NCBI GenBank assembly: GCA_965221125.1
Contig: CBDCRW010000004.1
Coordinates: 480,001-544,000 of the forward strand
Origin: Alphaproteobacteria bacterium
GTDB taxonomy: Bacteria; Pseudomonadota; Alphaproteobacteria; UBA828
Direction: 5' to 3'
DNA: 64,000 nucleotides
In this document: one piece after another, positions 20,386 through 29,249 of the stretch
Layout of the letters: every line of letters begins with the position of its first letter
How positions within the stretch are numbered: position 1 is the stretch's first letter
Program-made: the position numbers and the translations under genes
The notes under the pieces: generated by a model
Told to the model about the DNA's origin: nothing
What the model saw: the letters and a program-made list of their open reading frames with translations, nothing else
The model's database searches: none

Positions 20386-21396
20386 ATGAGCGAACGCCCG
20401 CAGATCGACCCGCCCTATCTGCTCTTCCTCGGCGATGCGCGCGATGCGCTCGCCGCCAAGACCGCGCGCGGCGTGTTCGTCTTCCGCCCGGAGTGGTGCC
20501 TCGGCCAGATCAGGCTGCCGGGCTGCAAACCCCGCCTCGACCTGCCCGAGATGACGGTGGAGGAGGCGGCGGCCAAGGGTGCCAAGAGCCTCATCGTCGG
20601 AGTCGCCAACGCGGGCGGCGTGGTCAGCGAGAGCTGGATCGAGACCCTCGTGGCGGCGCTGGAAGCGGGCCTCGACGTCGCCAGTGGGCTGCACGTGCGC
20701 CTGAGCGACCTGCCGGCGGTGCGGGATGCCGCCGAGGCGAACGGCCGGCACCTCTTCGACGTGCGCCACCCGTCGCAGGAGTTCAAGGTGGGCTCCGGCG
20801 TGAAGAGGGCCGGCAAGCGCCTGCTTACGGTGGGCACCGACGCCTCGGTCGGCAAGATGTACGCCACGCTCGCGCTCGAAGCCGAGTGGCGCCGGCGCGG
20901 CGTCCCCTGCACCTTCCGCGCGACCGGGCAAACCGGCATCTTCGTCGCGGGCCGCGGGGTCTCGGTCGACGCGGTGGTGGCGGACTTCATCTCCGGCGCC
21001 ACCGAGTGGCTTACGCCTGAGAACGACCCGGAGCATTGGGACCTGGTCGAGGGGCAGGGCTCGCTCCACCATCCCTCCTACGCGGGCGTGACCCTCGGCC
21101 TGATCCACGGCGCCCAGCCGGACGCCATCGTGGTCTGCCACGAGCCGACGCGGACCAACATGCGCGGCCTGCCGCACTGGCCGCTGCCGGAGCTCGGCGA
21201 GAGCATCGAGGCCAACCTGCAGGCGGCGCGGCTCACCAATCCGGACGTCGTCTGCGCCGGCATCTGCGTCAACACCGAGGCGCTCGGCGACGCGGAGGCC
21301 GCGGCGCTGCTGGACGAGCTCGGCGCGGCCCACGGGCTCCCCTGCGTCGATCCCATCCGCACCGGCACGGGCTCCATCGCCGACCGCGTGCTGTAG
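20386..21396 (+). CDS. dgcN: DUF1611 family D-glutamate N-acetyltransferase DgcN
   Basis: PYLLFLGD, AAKTA.G, GTDASVGKM, ATGQTG, EGQGSLHHP; directly upstream of dgcA. Confidence 0.88.
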   Translation: MSERPQIDPPYLLFLGDARDALAAKTARGVFVFRPEWCLGQIRLPGCKPRLDLPEMTVEEAAAKGAKSLIVGVANAGGVVSESWIETLVAALEAGLDVASGLHVRLSDLPAVRDAAEANGRHLFDVRHPSQEFKVGSGVKRAGKRLLTVGTDASVGKMYATLALEAEWRRRGVPCTFRATGQTGIFVAGRGVSVDAVVADFISGATEWLTPENDPEHWDLVEGQGSLHHPSYAGVTLGLIHGAQPDAIVVCHEPTRTNMRGLPHWPLPELGESIEANLQAARLTNPDVVCAGICVNTEALGDAEAAALLDELGAAHGLPCVDPIRTGTGSIADRVL

Positions 21397-21408
21397 AGGC
21401 CGGGCCCC

Positions 21409-22389
21409 GTGAGGCGGCTCACCGTTCGCCTCGAAACCTGGCCGCTCGCGAGCGCCTTCCGCATCTCGCGCGGCGCCAAGACCGAGGCGCACGTCGTCGT
21501 CGCCGAGGTCGCCGACGGCGCCTGCGCCGGCCGGGGCGAGGCGGTTCCCTATCCCCGCTACGACGAGACGCCGGAGGGCACGCGGGCGGAGATCGAGAGC
21601 GTGCGGGACGCCGTGGAGGGCGGACTCGGCCGCGAGGCCCTGCTGGAGGCGCTGCCGCCGGGCGCCGCCCGCAACGCGCTCGACTGCGCTCTCTGGGATC
21701 TCGAAGCGAAGCAGGCGGGCCAGCCGGCCTGGGCGCTGGCGGGGCTCGCAGCGCCGAAGCCCTGCGTCACCGCCGTGACGCTCAGCCTCGATACGCCGGA
21801 GAACATGGGTGCAGCCGCGGCCCGGCATGCGCACCTGCCCCTGCTCAAGCTCAAGGTCACCGGCGAGGGCGACGCGGAGCGCATCCGTGCCGTGCGCGAG
21901 AACGCGCCCCGCGCCCGGCTGATCGTGGATGCGAACGAGGGCTGGTCGCTACCCATGCTGGACGAGCTGCTGCCGGCCCTTGCCGCGCTCGGGGTGGAGA
22001 TGGTGGAGCAGCCGCTGCCTGAGGCGGAGGACGCGGCGCTCGAAGGCCGCCAACCGGCCATCCCGCTTTGCGCCGACGAGAGCTGCCACACCCGTGCCGA
22101 CCTGCCCCGGCTCGCCGGCCGCTATCCCGTGGTCAACATCAAGCTGGACAAGACCGGAGGGCTGACGGAGGCGCTGGCGCTGGCCAGGGAGGCGCAGGCC
22201 ATGGGCTTTCGCATCATGGTCGGCAGCATGGTCGGCACCTCGCTCGCCATGGCGCCGGCGGCGCTGCTCGCGGGCTTTGCCGAGTACGTCGATCTCGACG
22301 GCCCCCTGCTGCTGGCCCGCGACCGCGCGCCGGGGCTCGTCTACGACGGCGCGGTGATGTCACCGCCCGATCCCGCGCTTTGGGGATAG
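21409..22389 (+). CDS. dgcA: N-acetyl-D-glutamate racemase DgcA (dipeptide epimerase family)
   Basis: FRISRGAK, LKLK, DANEGW, EQP, ADES, NIKLDKTGG, DLDG. Confidence 0.88.
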   Translation: MRRLTVRLETWPLASAFRISRGAKTEAHVVVAEVADGACAGRGEAVPYPRYDETPEGTRAEIESVRDAVEGGLGREALLEALPPGAARNALDCALWDLEAKQAGQPAWALAGLAAPKPCVTAVTLSLDTPENMGAAAARHAHLPLLKLKVTGEGDAERIRAVRENAPRARLIVDANEGWSLPMLDELLPALAALGVEMVEQPLPEAEDAALEGRQPAIPLCADESCHTRADLPRLAGRYPVVNIKLDKTGGLTEALALAREAQAMGFRIMVGSMVGTSLAMAPAALLAGFAEYVDLDGPLLLARDRAPGLVYDGAVMSPPDPALWG

Positions 22390-22403
22390 CGTCCCACCGT
22401 CGA

Positions 22404-22432
22404 TTCTTTACCAATTGCGTTAGGGTAAAGAA
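22404..22432. promoter_or_regulatory. inverted repeat, probable TA operator
   Basis: ttctttacc-N11-ggtaaagaa in an AT-rich patch upstream of the antitoxin. Confidence 0.6.
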
Positions 22433-22478
22433 ATAGATAGTGTTTGCGCGAGTTGGCTGTGCCCGAAGGGACGACCGC

Positions 22479-22706
22479 ATGCCGCGAGTCAGCGCCAAGC
22501 GACAGATCACGCTTCCCATCGATCAGTGCAGGGAAGTCGGGATCGGGCCGGGGGACGAGTACCGGAGCTTCGTCGCCGACGGCCGCATCACCATCGTGCG
22601 GAAGACCTCCGGCGCGGCCCGAGGGTTCCTGCGCCATGTCGCCGGCGATCCTGCCGTCAGCGACGATGAGTCCCTGCAGGACGCGCTGGACGAGCCGACG
22701 TCTTGA
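22479..22706 (+). CDS. AbrB/MazE-fold antitoxin
   Basis: RVSAKRQITLP...VGIGPGD; stop overlaps the PIN toxin start. Confidence 0.8.
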   Translation: MPRVSAKRQITLPIDQCREVGIGPGDEYRSFVADGRITIVRKTSGAARGFLRHVAGDPAVSDDESLQDALDEPTS

Positions 22707-23137
22707 TCGCCGTCGACACCAGTGTCCTGCTCCGGTATCTGCTGCACGACGATGAGGCCCAGGCGGCACGGGCGGATGCTGTTTTCGCTGCGGGCGAGAC
22801 CGTCCTGATCACGGACGTCGTGCTGGCGGAGGCCGTGTGGACCCTCGCCGGGCGCAAGTACCGGCTGGGCAGGGCCGGGCTGGCGGCCGTCCTGGAACGG
22901 CTCTTCAGCGAGCCGAACGTCCGTTTCGAGGACGACCAGGTGGTCTGGCGCGCCCTGCAGGCGTACCGACGCGCCGCCCCGGCGGGCGAGGCCGGATCAG
23001 CGAAGGGTGCCGGCTTCGCCGATGCGTTGATCGTGTTCAAGGCTCGGCGCGCCGCGGCGGACTCCGACCAGGCGTTGAGGGGCGTCTGCACCTTCGACGC
23101 GGCCATGGGGCGGCTGCCGCACGCCGTATCGCTCTGA
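22703..23137 (+). CDS. PIN-domain toxin, VapC family
   Basis: IAVDTSVLLRYL, LAEAVW, GFADALI, TFD acidic residues. Confidence 0.85.
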   Translation: MIAVDTSVLLRYLLHDDEAQAARADAVFAAGETVLITDVVLAEAVWTLAGRKYRLGRAGLAAVLERLFSEPNVRFEDDQVVWRALQAYRRAAPAGEAGSAKGAGFADALIVFKARRAAADSDQALRGVCTFDAAMGRLPHAVSL

Positions 23138-23256
23138 AAGCGCCTGCCCTTTGTAATTCAATCGGGCTGTAGTCTTGTCTCTGCCGGTCCTATCTGAAAT
23201 TCTGGCCGCGACATCGGGAGGCCCGGCGCGGACCGGGCCGGCACAGCGAGGGGGCG

Positions 23257-23910
23257 ATGGGCCGCCTGTTGGAGCTCGGGGAGCGGGTGGAGCTTGTCTC
23301 CATGGACCCGCACTTCCACGACATCAGCATCGCCCTCTACCGCTGCAGTGGGGAGGGCGGCGCGTCGTGTTACCTCGTCCACAGCTACAGCGGGAAGGAG
23401 GGCGCCGCCGAACGGCTGGCCTTCGTGATGCGGGCGATGGCGGTCATGGGCGGCATGGGGCCCGCGCCGGGGCAACCGGGTCGCCTGGCCTTCGCCTGCG
23501 GCGCCGAGCACCGGGCGGCGGTCAAGCGGCTCTTCCTCGAAGCCTGCAAGAAGGCACCGGGTTCGGACGTCGAAGCGCTGCCCATGAGCATCTACGACAA
23601 GAAGAACGACTTCACCATCAGCGCGACCAATATCGGCGGGGGCGCCTACCGGCTCGCAGCCGACGTCGGCGCGGCGGACGACAAGGTGGCGCGGCGCGTG
23701 GACGGCGTGACGCGCGGGCTGATCAAGCTCGCCGAGATGGAGCCGGGCGAGGCGCCGGGCGAGGCCCGCTTTGCCTGCGGCACGGCCCATGACGAGCTCG
23801 TGGGCCTCCTGCTCGGCCGGGCGCTCAACGTCCGCGCCGCCATGCGCGAGGCGGAGGCCGCGGCGGCGCGGGGCGTCCTCGCCGCGCCGAGCGCGCAACA
23901 GCAGACCTGA
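23257..23910 (+). CDS. hypothetical protein with duplicated FACGxxH motif
   Basis: gagggg RBS; 18 nt from the methyltransferase gene; FACGAEH and FACGTAH repeats. Confidence 0.75.
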   Translation: MGRLLELGERVELVSMDPHFHDISIALYRCSGEGGASCYLVHSYSGKEGAAERLAFVMRAMAVMGGMGPAPGQPGRLAFACGAEHRAAVKRLFLEACKKAPGSDVEALPMSIYDKKNDFTISATNIGGGAYRLAADVGAADDKVARRVDGVTRGLIKLAEMEPGEAPGEARFACGTAHDELVGLLLGRALNVRAAMREAEAAAARGVLAAPSAQQQT

Positions 23911-23928
23911 GGATCGGGAGCGAGAGCG

Positions 23929-24972
23929 ATGACGGCAGTACCCTCGATGACCAGCCGCGAGCGGGTGCTCGCAGCGCTGAACCGCAAGCCGGTGGATCGC
24001 ACGCCCGTGTGCAACCCCACCTCGGTCGCCACGGTGGAGCTGATGGACCTGGTGGACGCGAACTTTCCGTTCGCGAACCGCGACCCGGAGCTGATGGCGC
24101 GGCTCGCCGCCACCAGCTACACCGAATTGGGCTTCGACAGCATCATGCCGGTCTTCTCGATCATCCAGGAGTCGTCGGCGCTCGGCTGCAAGATGCAATG
24201 GGAGCAGAAGGACAATTGGCCGACCGTGCGCATGCGCGAGCCGATCTGGGAGGACGTGGACGACATCCGCATCCCCAACGACTTTCTCCTGCACCCGGAC
24301 ATGGCTTGCGTGATCGAGGGGATCCGCATGCTGCGCCGCGAGTTCGGCAACGAGGTCGCAATCATCGGCAAGACCATGGGGCCGTGGACCCTCGGCTATC
24401 ACTGCTTCGGCGTCGAGCCCTTCCTGCTGATGTCCCTCGACGATCCGGGCAAGACCAAGCTCGCGCTCGACCGCATGAAGGAGGCGACGATCATCTTCGG
24501 GCTGGCACAGATCGAGGCGGGCGCGGACGCGCTCACGCTCCCCGATCACGCCACCGGCGACCTGGTGAGCGCGGACTACTACAGGCGCTATCTCAAGGAT
24601 CTCCACATCGAGTTCGTGGAGCGCCTGCCGGTGCCGATCATCCTCCACATCTGCGGGCGCACCGTGGACCGCATGGGCTATATCGCCGAGACCGGGATCG
24701 CCGCCTTCCACTTCGATTCCAAGAACGCACCGGCCGAGTCCATGCAGATGATGGACGATCGCGTCTCGCTGGTCGGCAACATCAACAATCCCGAGACGCT
24801 GTTCGCCAAGGGGCCGGAGGACGTGCGCAAGGAGGTGTATGCCAACCTCGACGCCGGCGTGCAGGGAGTGGGGCCGGAATGCGCCATCCCGCTCCAGACT
24901 TCGATCGAGAACCTGCGCGAGATACCGCTGGCGGTGCGCGACTGGCACGCCGAGCACGGCCGCTCTCACTGA
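23929..24972 (+). CDS. MtaA/CmuA family corrinoid methyltransferase (UroD fold, Zn-binding)
   Basis: MTSRERVLAAL...VDRTPV, GPWTL, AQIEAGAD, LHICG (HxC), LVGNI, GPECAIP. Confidence 0.85.
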   Translation: MTAVPSMTSRERVLAALNRKPVDRTPVCNPTSVATVELMDLVDANFPFANRDPELMARLAATSYTELGFDSIMPVFSIIQESSALGCKMQWEQKDNWPTVRMREPIWEDVDDIRIPNDFLLHPDMACVIEGIRMLRREFGNEVAIIGKTMGPWTLGYHCFGVEPFLLMSLDDPGKTKLALDRMKEATIIFGLAQIEAGADALTLPDHATGDLVSADYYRRYLKDLHIEFVERLPVPIILHICGRTVDRMGYIAETGIAAFHFDSKNAPAESMQMMDDRVSLVGNINNPETLFAKGPEDVRKEVYANLDAGVQGVGPECAIPLQTSIENLREIPLAVRDWHAEHGRSH

Positions 24973-25019
24973 TCGCCTTGGCCTCCTGACGCCCCGCCGA
25001 ATCCACCACTGAGTCCCCG

Positions 25020-25769
25020 ATGGTCGAGCTTGCCGACATCGCCAACGCGGTGATCCGCGACGAGATCGAGGAGTTTCTCGAGCGCCCCGACGAGATCGAG
25101 CGCAACGTCGCGCTCTTCGCCCGCATGCGGCCCGAGATGCAGGACATCGCTGCCGCCCTGATCGAAGGCGACAACCACACGGTGGACGCGCTCACGACCA
25201 AGGCGCTGGAGGAAGGCACCGAGGCGCTGGAGATCATGGACGACGGGCTCATCGCCGGCATGGGGATCGTCGGCATCAAGTTCCGCGAGAATTTCATCTT
25301 CGTGCCCGAGGTGCTGGCGTGTGCGCGGGCGATGAAGGCGGGCATGGCCCACATCGAGCCGATTCTCTCCGCCTCGGGTGTGGAGCCCATCGGCACCGTC
25401 ATCATGGGCACGGTCAAGGGCGACCTCCACGATATCGGCAAGAACCTCTGCATCATGATGCTTTCGGGCGCCGGCTTCGACGTGGTCGACCTCGGCGTCG
25501 ACACCTCCGAGGACGAGTTCATCGCGGCGCTGGAGGAGCACGAGGCACCGATCATGGGCATGTCCGCGTTGCTCACCACGACGATGCCGAACATGGGCAA
25601 GACCATCGAGGCGCTGATCGACGCCGACCTGCGCGACGACGTGATGGTGATGGTGGGCGGTGCGCCGGTGACGCAAGAGTTCGCCGACGACATGGGCGCC
25701 GACGGCTACGGCAAGGACGCGCTCTCCTGCGTGGCGCTCGCCAAGAAGCTGGTGGAAGAGCGCGGTTAG
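25020..25769 (+). CDS. corrinoid-binding protein (MtaC/MttC-like)
   Basis: Cap domain FVPEVL, GTVKGDLHDIGKNL (DxHxxG), SALLTTT, GGAP, GADGY. Confidence 0.92.
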   Translation: MVELADIANAVIRDEIEEFLERPDEIERNVALFARMRPEMQDIAAALIEGDNHTVDALTTKALEEGTEALEIMDDGLIAGMGIVGIKFRENFIFVPEVLACARAMKAGMAHIEPILSASGVEPIGTVIMGTVKGDLHDIGKNLCIMMLSGAGFDVVDLGVDTSEDEFIAALEEHEAPIMGMSALLTTTMPNMGKTIEALIDADLRDDVMVMVGGAPVTQEFADDMGADGYGKDALSCVALAKKLVEERG

Positions 25770-25778
25770 GCGAAGCCG

Positions 25779-27773
25779 TTGCCGAAGATCAGCCAGCAGG
25801 ACTACCAGAAGCGGCTCGACCGGCTCACCGAGATCTTTTCGGACATCGTGAGCCACGCCGACGTACAGGCCACGCAACGCTGCCCCTACCGCGATGCGCG
25901 CGACCGCTGCACCGCCGCCTTCTCCTGCGGCAACCAGATCCCTGCCGTGGAAAAGGACGAGCCCGCCACCTGCGGCCACGACGGCACCTTCGACTACAGC
26001 CTGGCGTGGGAGAGCGATCCCGCCACCCGCGATCGCGCGCGCAAGCAGCTCGACCGCGTCAAGCAGGATGCCGCGGCGCGGCGCGAGGGCGGCGCGCTGC
26101 CGGCAGGGCCCGGCACGGTCTCCCACGACGGCAAGACGGAGCCGATCGCCGTCGGCATGACGCTCTTCGACTGCGCCGACGAGCTTGCCGTCGAAGTGCC
26201 GACCTCGTGCCTCCGCAACGGTCGCTGCCACGAGTGCGTGGTCGAGGTGAGCGCGGGCGACGACGCGCTCTGCGCGCGCACGGAGGCCGAGGGCTTCCTG
26301 CGGCCTCCCTACCGCCTCGCCTGCCAGGCGCTGGTCGAGCGCGACGACATCGACGTGGCCTTCGCGCCGCTCCGCCGCCGCCCGCGCATCCTGGTGCGCG
26401 CCCGTGCAGATGCGGCGGCCCTGCCCGAAACCCTCGACCCCCTCGTCACCCGGCGGGGCGACGATGTGCTCTACGACGGCGCGGTGGTGGACCGCTACCG
26501 CGGGCGCATGCTGGGGCTCGCGGTCGACCTCGGCACCACGACGGTGGTGCTCGACTTCGTCGATCTGGAGACGGGAAAGAGCGTGCACAGCGCCGCCTTC
26601 GAGAACCCGCAGGCCTTCGGCGGCAGCGACGTGATGCACCGCATCTCCTACGACCGCGACGACAAGGCCGGCGAGCTGCAGAAGGCCGCAGCGTCGGCCA
26701 TCAGCCGCGTCGTGGTGGACGGTTGCGCCCGGCTCGGGCTCGGCCGTGAGACGATCTACGAGATCGTGGTGGCGGCCAATCCCACCATGCGCGACATCCT
26801 GTTCAAGCTCGACGTGCAGGGCATCGGCCAGAAGCCCTACAAGTCGTCGGTCGAGCACGCCTTCCTCGCGGGCGAGCGGGCGAACACGGCGCTCTGCGCG
26901 CTGGCCCGGCGCCTCGGCCTGCGCGCGAACCGGGAGGCGCGGGTCTATGGCTTGCCGCTGATCGCGAGCCACGTGGGCGGCGATGCCGCCGCCGCCCTGG
27001 TGGCACTGGAACAGGGGTTCGCGGACGCGGAGACCGTGATGCTCGTGGACATGGGCACCAACACCGAGGTCGTGCTGAAGCACCGGGGACGGATGCTATC
27101 TGCCTCCTGCCCGGCGGGGCCTGCGTTCGAGGGCGGGCTGGTGCGCTACGGCATGCCGGCCTGCGACGGCGCCATCGAGACGGTGCGGCTCGGGGCGGAC
27201 GGCGCGGCCGCCTGGGAGACCATCGGCGGTGGGGAGCCCACGGGCCTCTGCGGCTCCGGCCTGATCGACCTGGTGGCGGAGCTCCGGCGAGGCGACGTGC
27301 TCACCGCCAAGGGCGTCTTCACCGCCGACCGCAAGCAGAAGGAGACGACCGTGGTGCCCGAGCACGGCATCACCTTCTCCAGGGAGGACGCCAGCAACCT
27401 GGGCCAGGCCAAGGCCGCCAACTACTGCGGGCAATACATCGTCATGCGCGCGCTCGGCGTCGATCCGGCCGCCATCGAGCGGCTCTATCTCGCGGGCGGC
27501 TTTGCCAACTACGTGAACGTGCAGAACGCCCAGTCCATCGGCCTGCTGGCGCCGGTGCCGGAGAAGCGCGTGGTCAAGGCCGGCAACGCGGCGGCGCGGG
27601 GCGCGAGGGCGATTCTGCTCTCGGGCAGCCGGCGCCGTGCGCTGGAACGCGAAGTCCAGGCCATCGAGCATATCGAGCTCGAGACCACGCCGGATTTCTT
27701 CGACCTCTTCGTGGACGGCTGCCAGTTCAAGCCGATGCCCGCGCATCTCGTACCGGAAGGGACCGCCGCATGA
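25779..27773 (+). CDS. ASKHA-type reductive activator of corrinoid proteins (RACo-like) with 2Fe-2S domain
   Basis: CLRNGRCHEC...RLACQ ferredoxin motif; DLGTTT, GSDVMHRI, DMGTNTE, GPAFEG, CGSGLID, LAGGF; TTG start. Confidence 0.88.
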   Translation: MPKISQQDYQKRLDRLTEIFSDIVSHADVQATQRCPYRDARDRCTAAFSCGNQIPAVEKDEPATCGHDGTFDYSLAWESDPATRDRARKQLDRVKQDAAARREGGALPAGPGTVSHDGKTEPIAVGMTLFDCADELAVEVPTSCLRNGRCHECVVEVSAGDDALCARTEAEGFLRPPYRLACQALVERDDIDVAFAPLRRRPRILVRARADAAALPETLDPLVTRRGDDVLYDGAVVDRYRGRMLGLAVDLGTTTVVLDFVDLETGKSVHSAAFENPQAFGGSDVMHRISYDRDDKAGELQKAAASAISRVVVDGCARLGLGRETIYEIVVAANPTMRDILFKLDVQGIGQKPYKSSVEHAFLAGERANTALCALARRLGLRANREARVYGLPLIASHVGGDAAAALVALEQGFADAETVMLVDMGTNTEVVLKHRGRMLSASCPAGPAFEGGLVRYGMPACDGAIETVRLGADGAAAWETIGGGEPTGLCGSGLIDLVAELRRGDVLTAKGVFTADRKQKETTVVPEHGITFSREDASNLGQAKAANYCGQYIVMRALGVDPAAIERLYLAGGFANYVNVQNAQSIGLLAPVPEKRVVKAGNAAARGARAILLSGSRRRALEREVQAIEHIELETTPDFFDLFVDGCQFKPMPAHLVPEGTAA

Positions 27774-28801
27774 CCGCCCCGCCAACGCTCATCGTCATCG
27801 GCGAGAACATCCACTGCACCCGCGTGGCACTCCGCAAGGGCAAGCGCATCGCCGAGCGCGACGGGGCCGAGGTCATCCTCTACGAGAGCGCGGATGGCGA
27901 GGCGCGTGCCCTGCCGGTGACGGCGGAAGCCAAGCGGACCAAGGACTACGAGGAAGGCCGCGTCAAGCACGTGCACGTCGCCATCGAGACGGCGATGGAG
28001 ACGGCGGCGGGCGATCCCGCCGAGGGAATGCGCTACATCGAGGCGCTCATCCGCCATCAGGAGCGCGCGGGCGCGGCCTTCCTCGACCTCAACGTCGACG
28101 AGATGTCACCCAAGCTCAGCGTGCAGACCGGCGCCATGGCCTGGCTCGCGGCGACGGTGCAGGACCTGACCGAACTTCCGCTCTCCATCGATTCGTCCAG
28201 CGTCGACGTGATCCGCGCAGGGCTGGAAGCGATCGCGCCGGCCAAGATGCGCCCGATGCTCAACTCCGCCTCGCTGGAGCGGCAGGACGCGCTCGACCTC
28301 GCACGGGAGCACGACTGCCGCGTGGTGGTGACCGCCGCCGGCGAGCGCGGCATGCCGAACGGCGCCGACGAGCGGGTGGCGAATGCGTCCCGCATGGTGG
28401 AAGCAGCGCTCGCCAGGGGCTTCGCGCTGGGCGATCTCTACGTCGACCCGCTGGTCTTCCCTATCTCGGTCGATTCCACCTTCGGCCATCACTGCTTCGA
28501 TGCGATCCGCGCCTTACGGGAGCGTTTCGGCAGCGAGATCCACATCACAGGTGGCATGAGCAACGTCTCCTTCGGGCTGCCGGCGCGGAAGCTTCTGAAT
28601 GAGATGTTCGTGCTGCTGGCGGTGGACGCCGGCGCCGACGGCGGCATCATGGACCCGGTGGCAAGCCCGCCGGAGGCGATCTTCGCCATCGACCGCGCGG
28701 ACCCCAACTACAAGCTCGCCGAGGACGTGCTGCTGGGCCGCGACGAGCACTGCATGGCCTACATCCGCGCCTGGCGGAAGAGCAGGCGCAAGCCCAAGTG
28801 A
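27770..28801 (+). CDS. pterin-binding methyltetrahydrofolate:corrinoid methyltransferase (AcsE/MeTr-like)
   Basis: IGENI, LDLNVD, SIDSS, MLNS, DPLV, GMSNVSFGLP.R; ATGA overlap with the activator gene. Confidence 0.85.
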   Translation: MTAPPTLIVIGENIHCTRVALRKGKRIAERDGAEVILYESADGEARALPVTAEAKRTKDYEEGRVKHVHVAIETAMETAAGDPAEGMRYIEALIRHQERAGAAFLDLNVDEMSPKLSVQTGAMAWLAATVQDLTELPLSIDSSSVDVIRAGLEAIAPAKMRPMLNSASLERQDALDLAREHDCRVVVTAAGERGMPNGADERVANASRMVEAALARGFALGDLYVDPLVFPISVDSTFGHHCFDAIRALRERFGSEIHITGGMSNVSFGLPARKLLNEMFVLLAVDAGADGGIMDPVASPPEAIFAIDRADPNYKLAEDVLLGRDEHCMAYIRAWRKSRRKPK

Positions 28802-28814
28802 AGAAGAGGCCGCC

Positions 28815-29216
28815 ATGACCGAGACCGAACGGCCACCGCAAACCGAGCCTGCGCTCCGCACGCTCGCCATGCCCGCCGACGCCAACCCCAACGGCGACAT
28901 CTTCGGCGGCTGGGTGCTGGCGCAGATGGACCTCGCCGGCGGCGTCGTGGCGGCGCGGCGCGCGCGCGGGCGCCTGGCCACGGTGGCGGTGGAGGCGATG
29001 CGCTTCCACGCGCCGATCGCCGTGGGCGACCTGGTGACCTGCTACGCCGAGATTGCGAAGACCGGGACGACCTCGATCACCGTCTCCATCGAGACCTGGG
29101 CCCGGCGACGCCGCGGCCCCATGGAGGTGAAGGTGACCGAGGGCACCTTCATCTACGTCGCGATCGACGACGCGGGCCGCCCCCGGCCGCTTCCCGAAGA
29201 GCCGGCGGAGGGCTGA
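28815..29216 (+). CDS. acyl-CoA thioesterase (YciA-like hotdog fold)
   Basis: AMPADANPNGDIFGGW..QMDLAG. Confidence 0.9.
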   Translation: MTETERPPQTEPALRTLAMPADANPNGDIFGGWVLAQMDLAGGVVAARRARGRLATVAVEAMRFHAPIAVGDLVTCYAEIAKTGTTSITVSIETWARRRRGPMEVKVTEGTFIYVAIDDAGRPRPLPEEPAEG

Positions 29217-29249
29217 CGGCAGGGCAGGTTGCCGCGCCGGTTCGCCCCG

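Noticed and set aside
23138-23256. Cobalamin riboswitch upstream of the corrinoid cluster (also checked before scpA)
   Set aside because: No B12-box or GCCACTG-type core recognisable, and the region is short.
23929-24972. Call as uroporphyrinogen decarboxylase (hemE)
   Set aside because: Lacks the RQAGR motif; has HxC Zn ligands and corrinoid neighbours.
27770-28801. Call as dihydropteroate synthase (folP)
   Set aside because: SNVSFGLP and DPLV motifs and context fit a methyltransferase; no TPDSFSDG or SRK motif.
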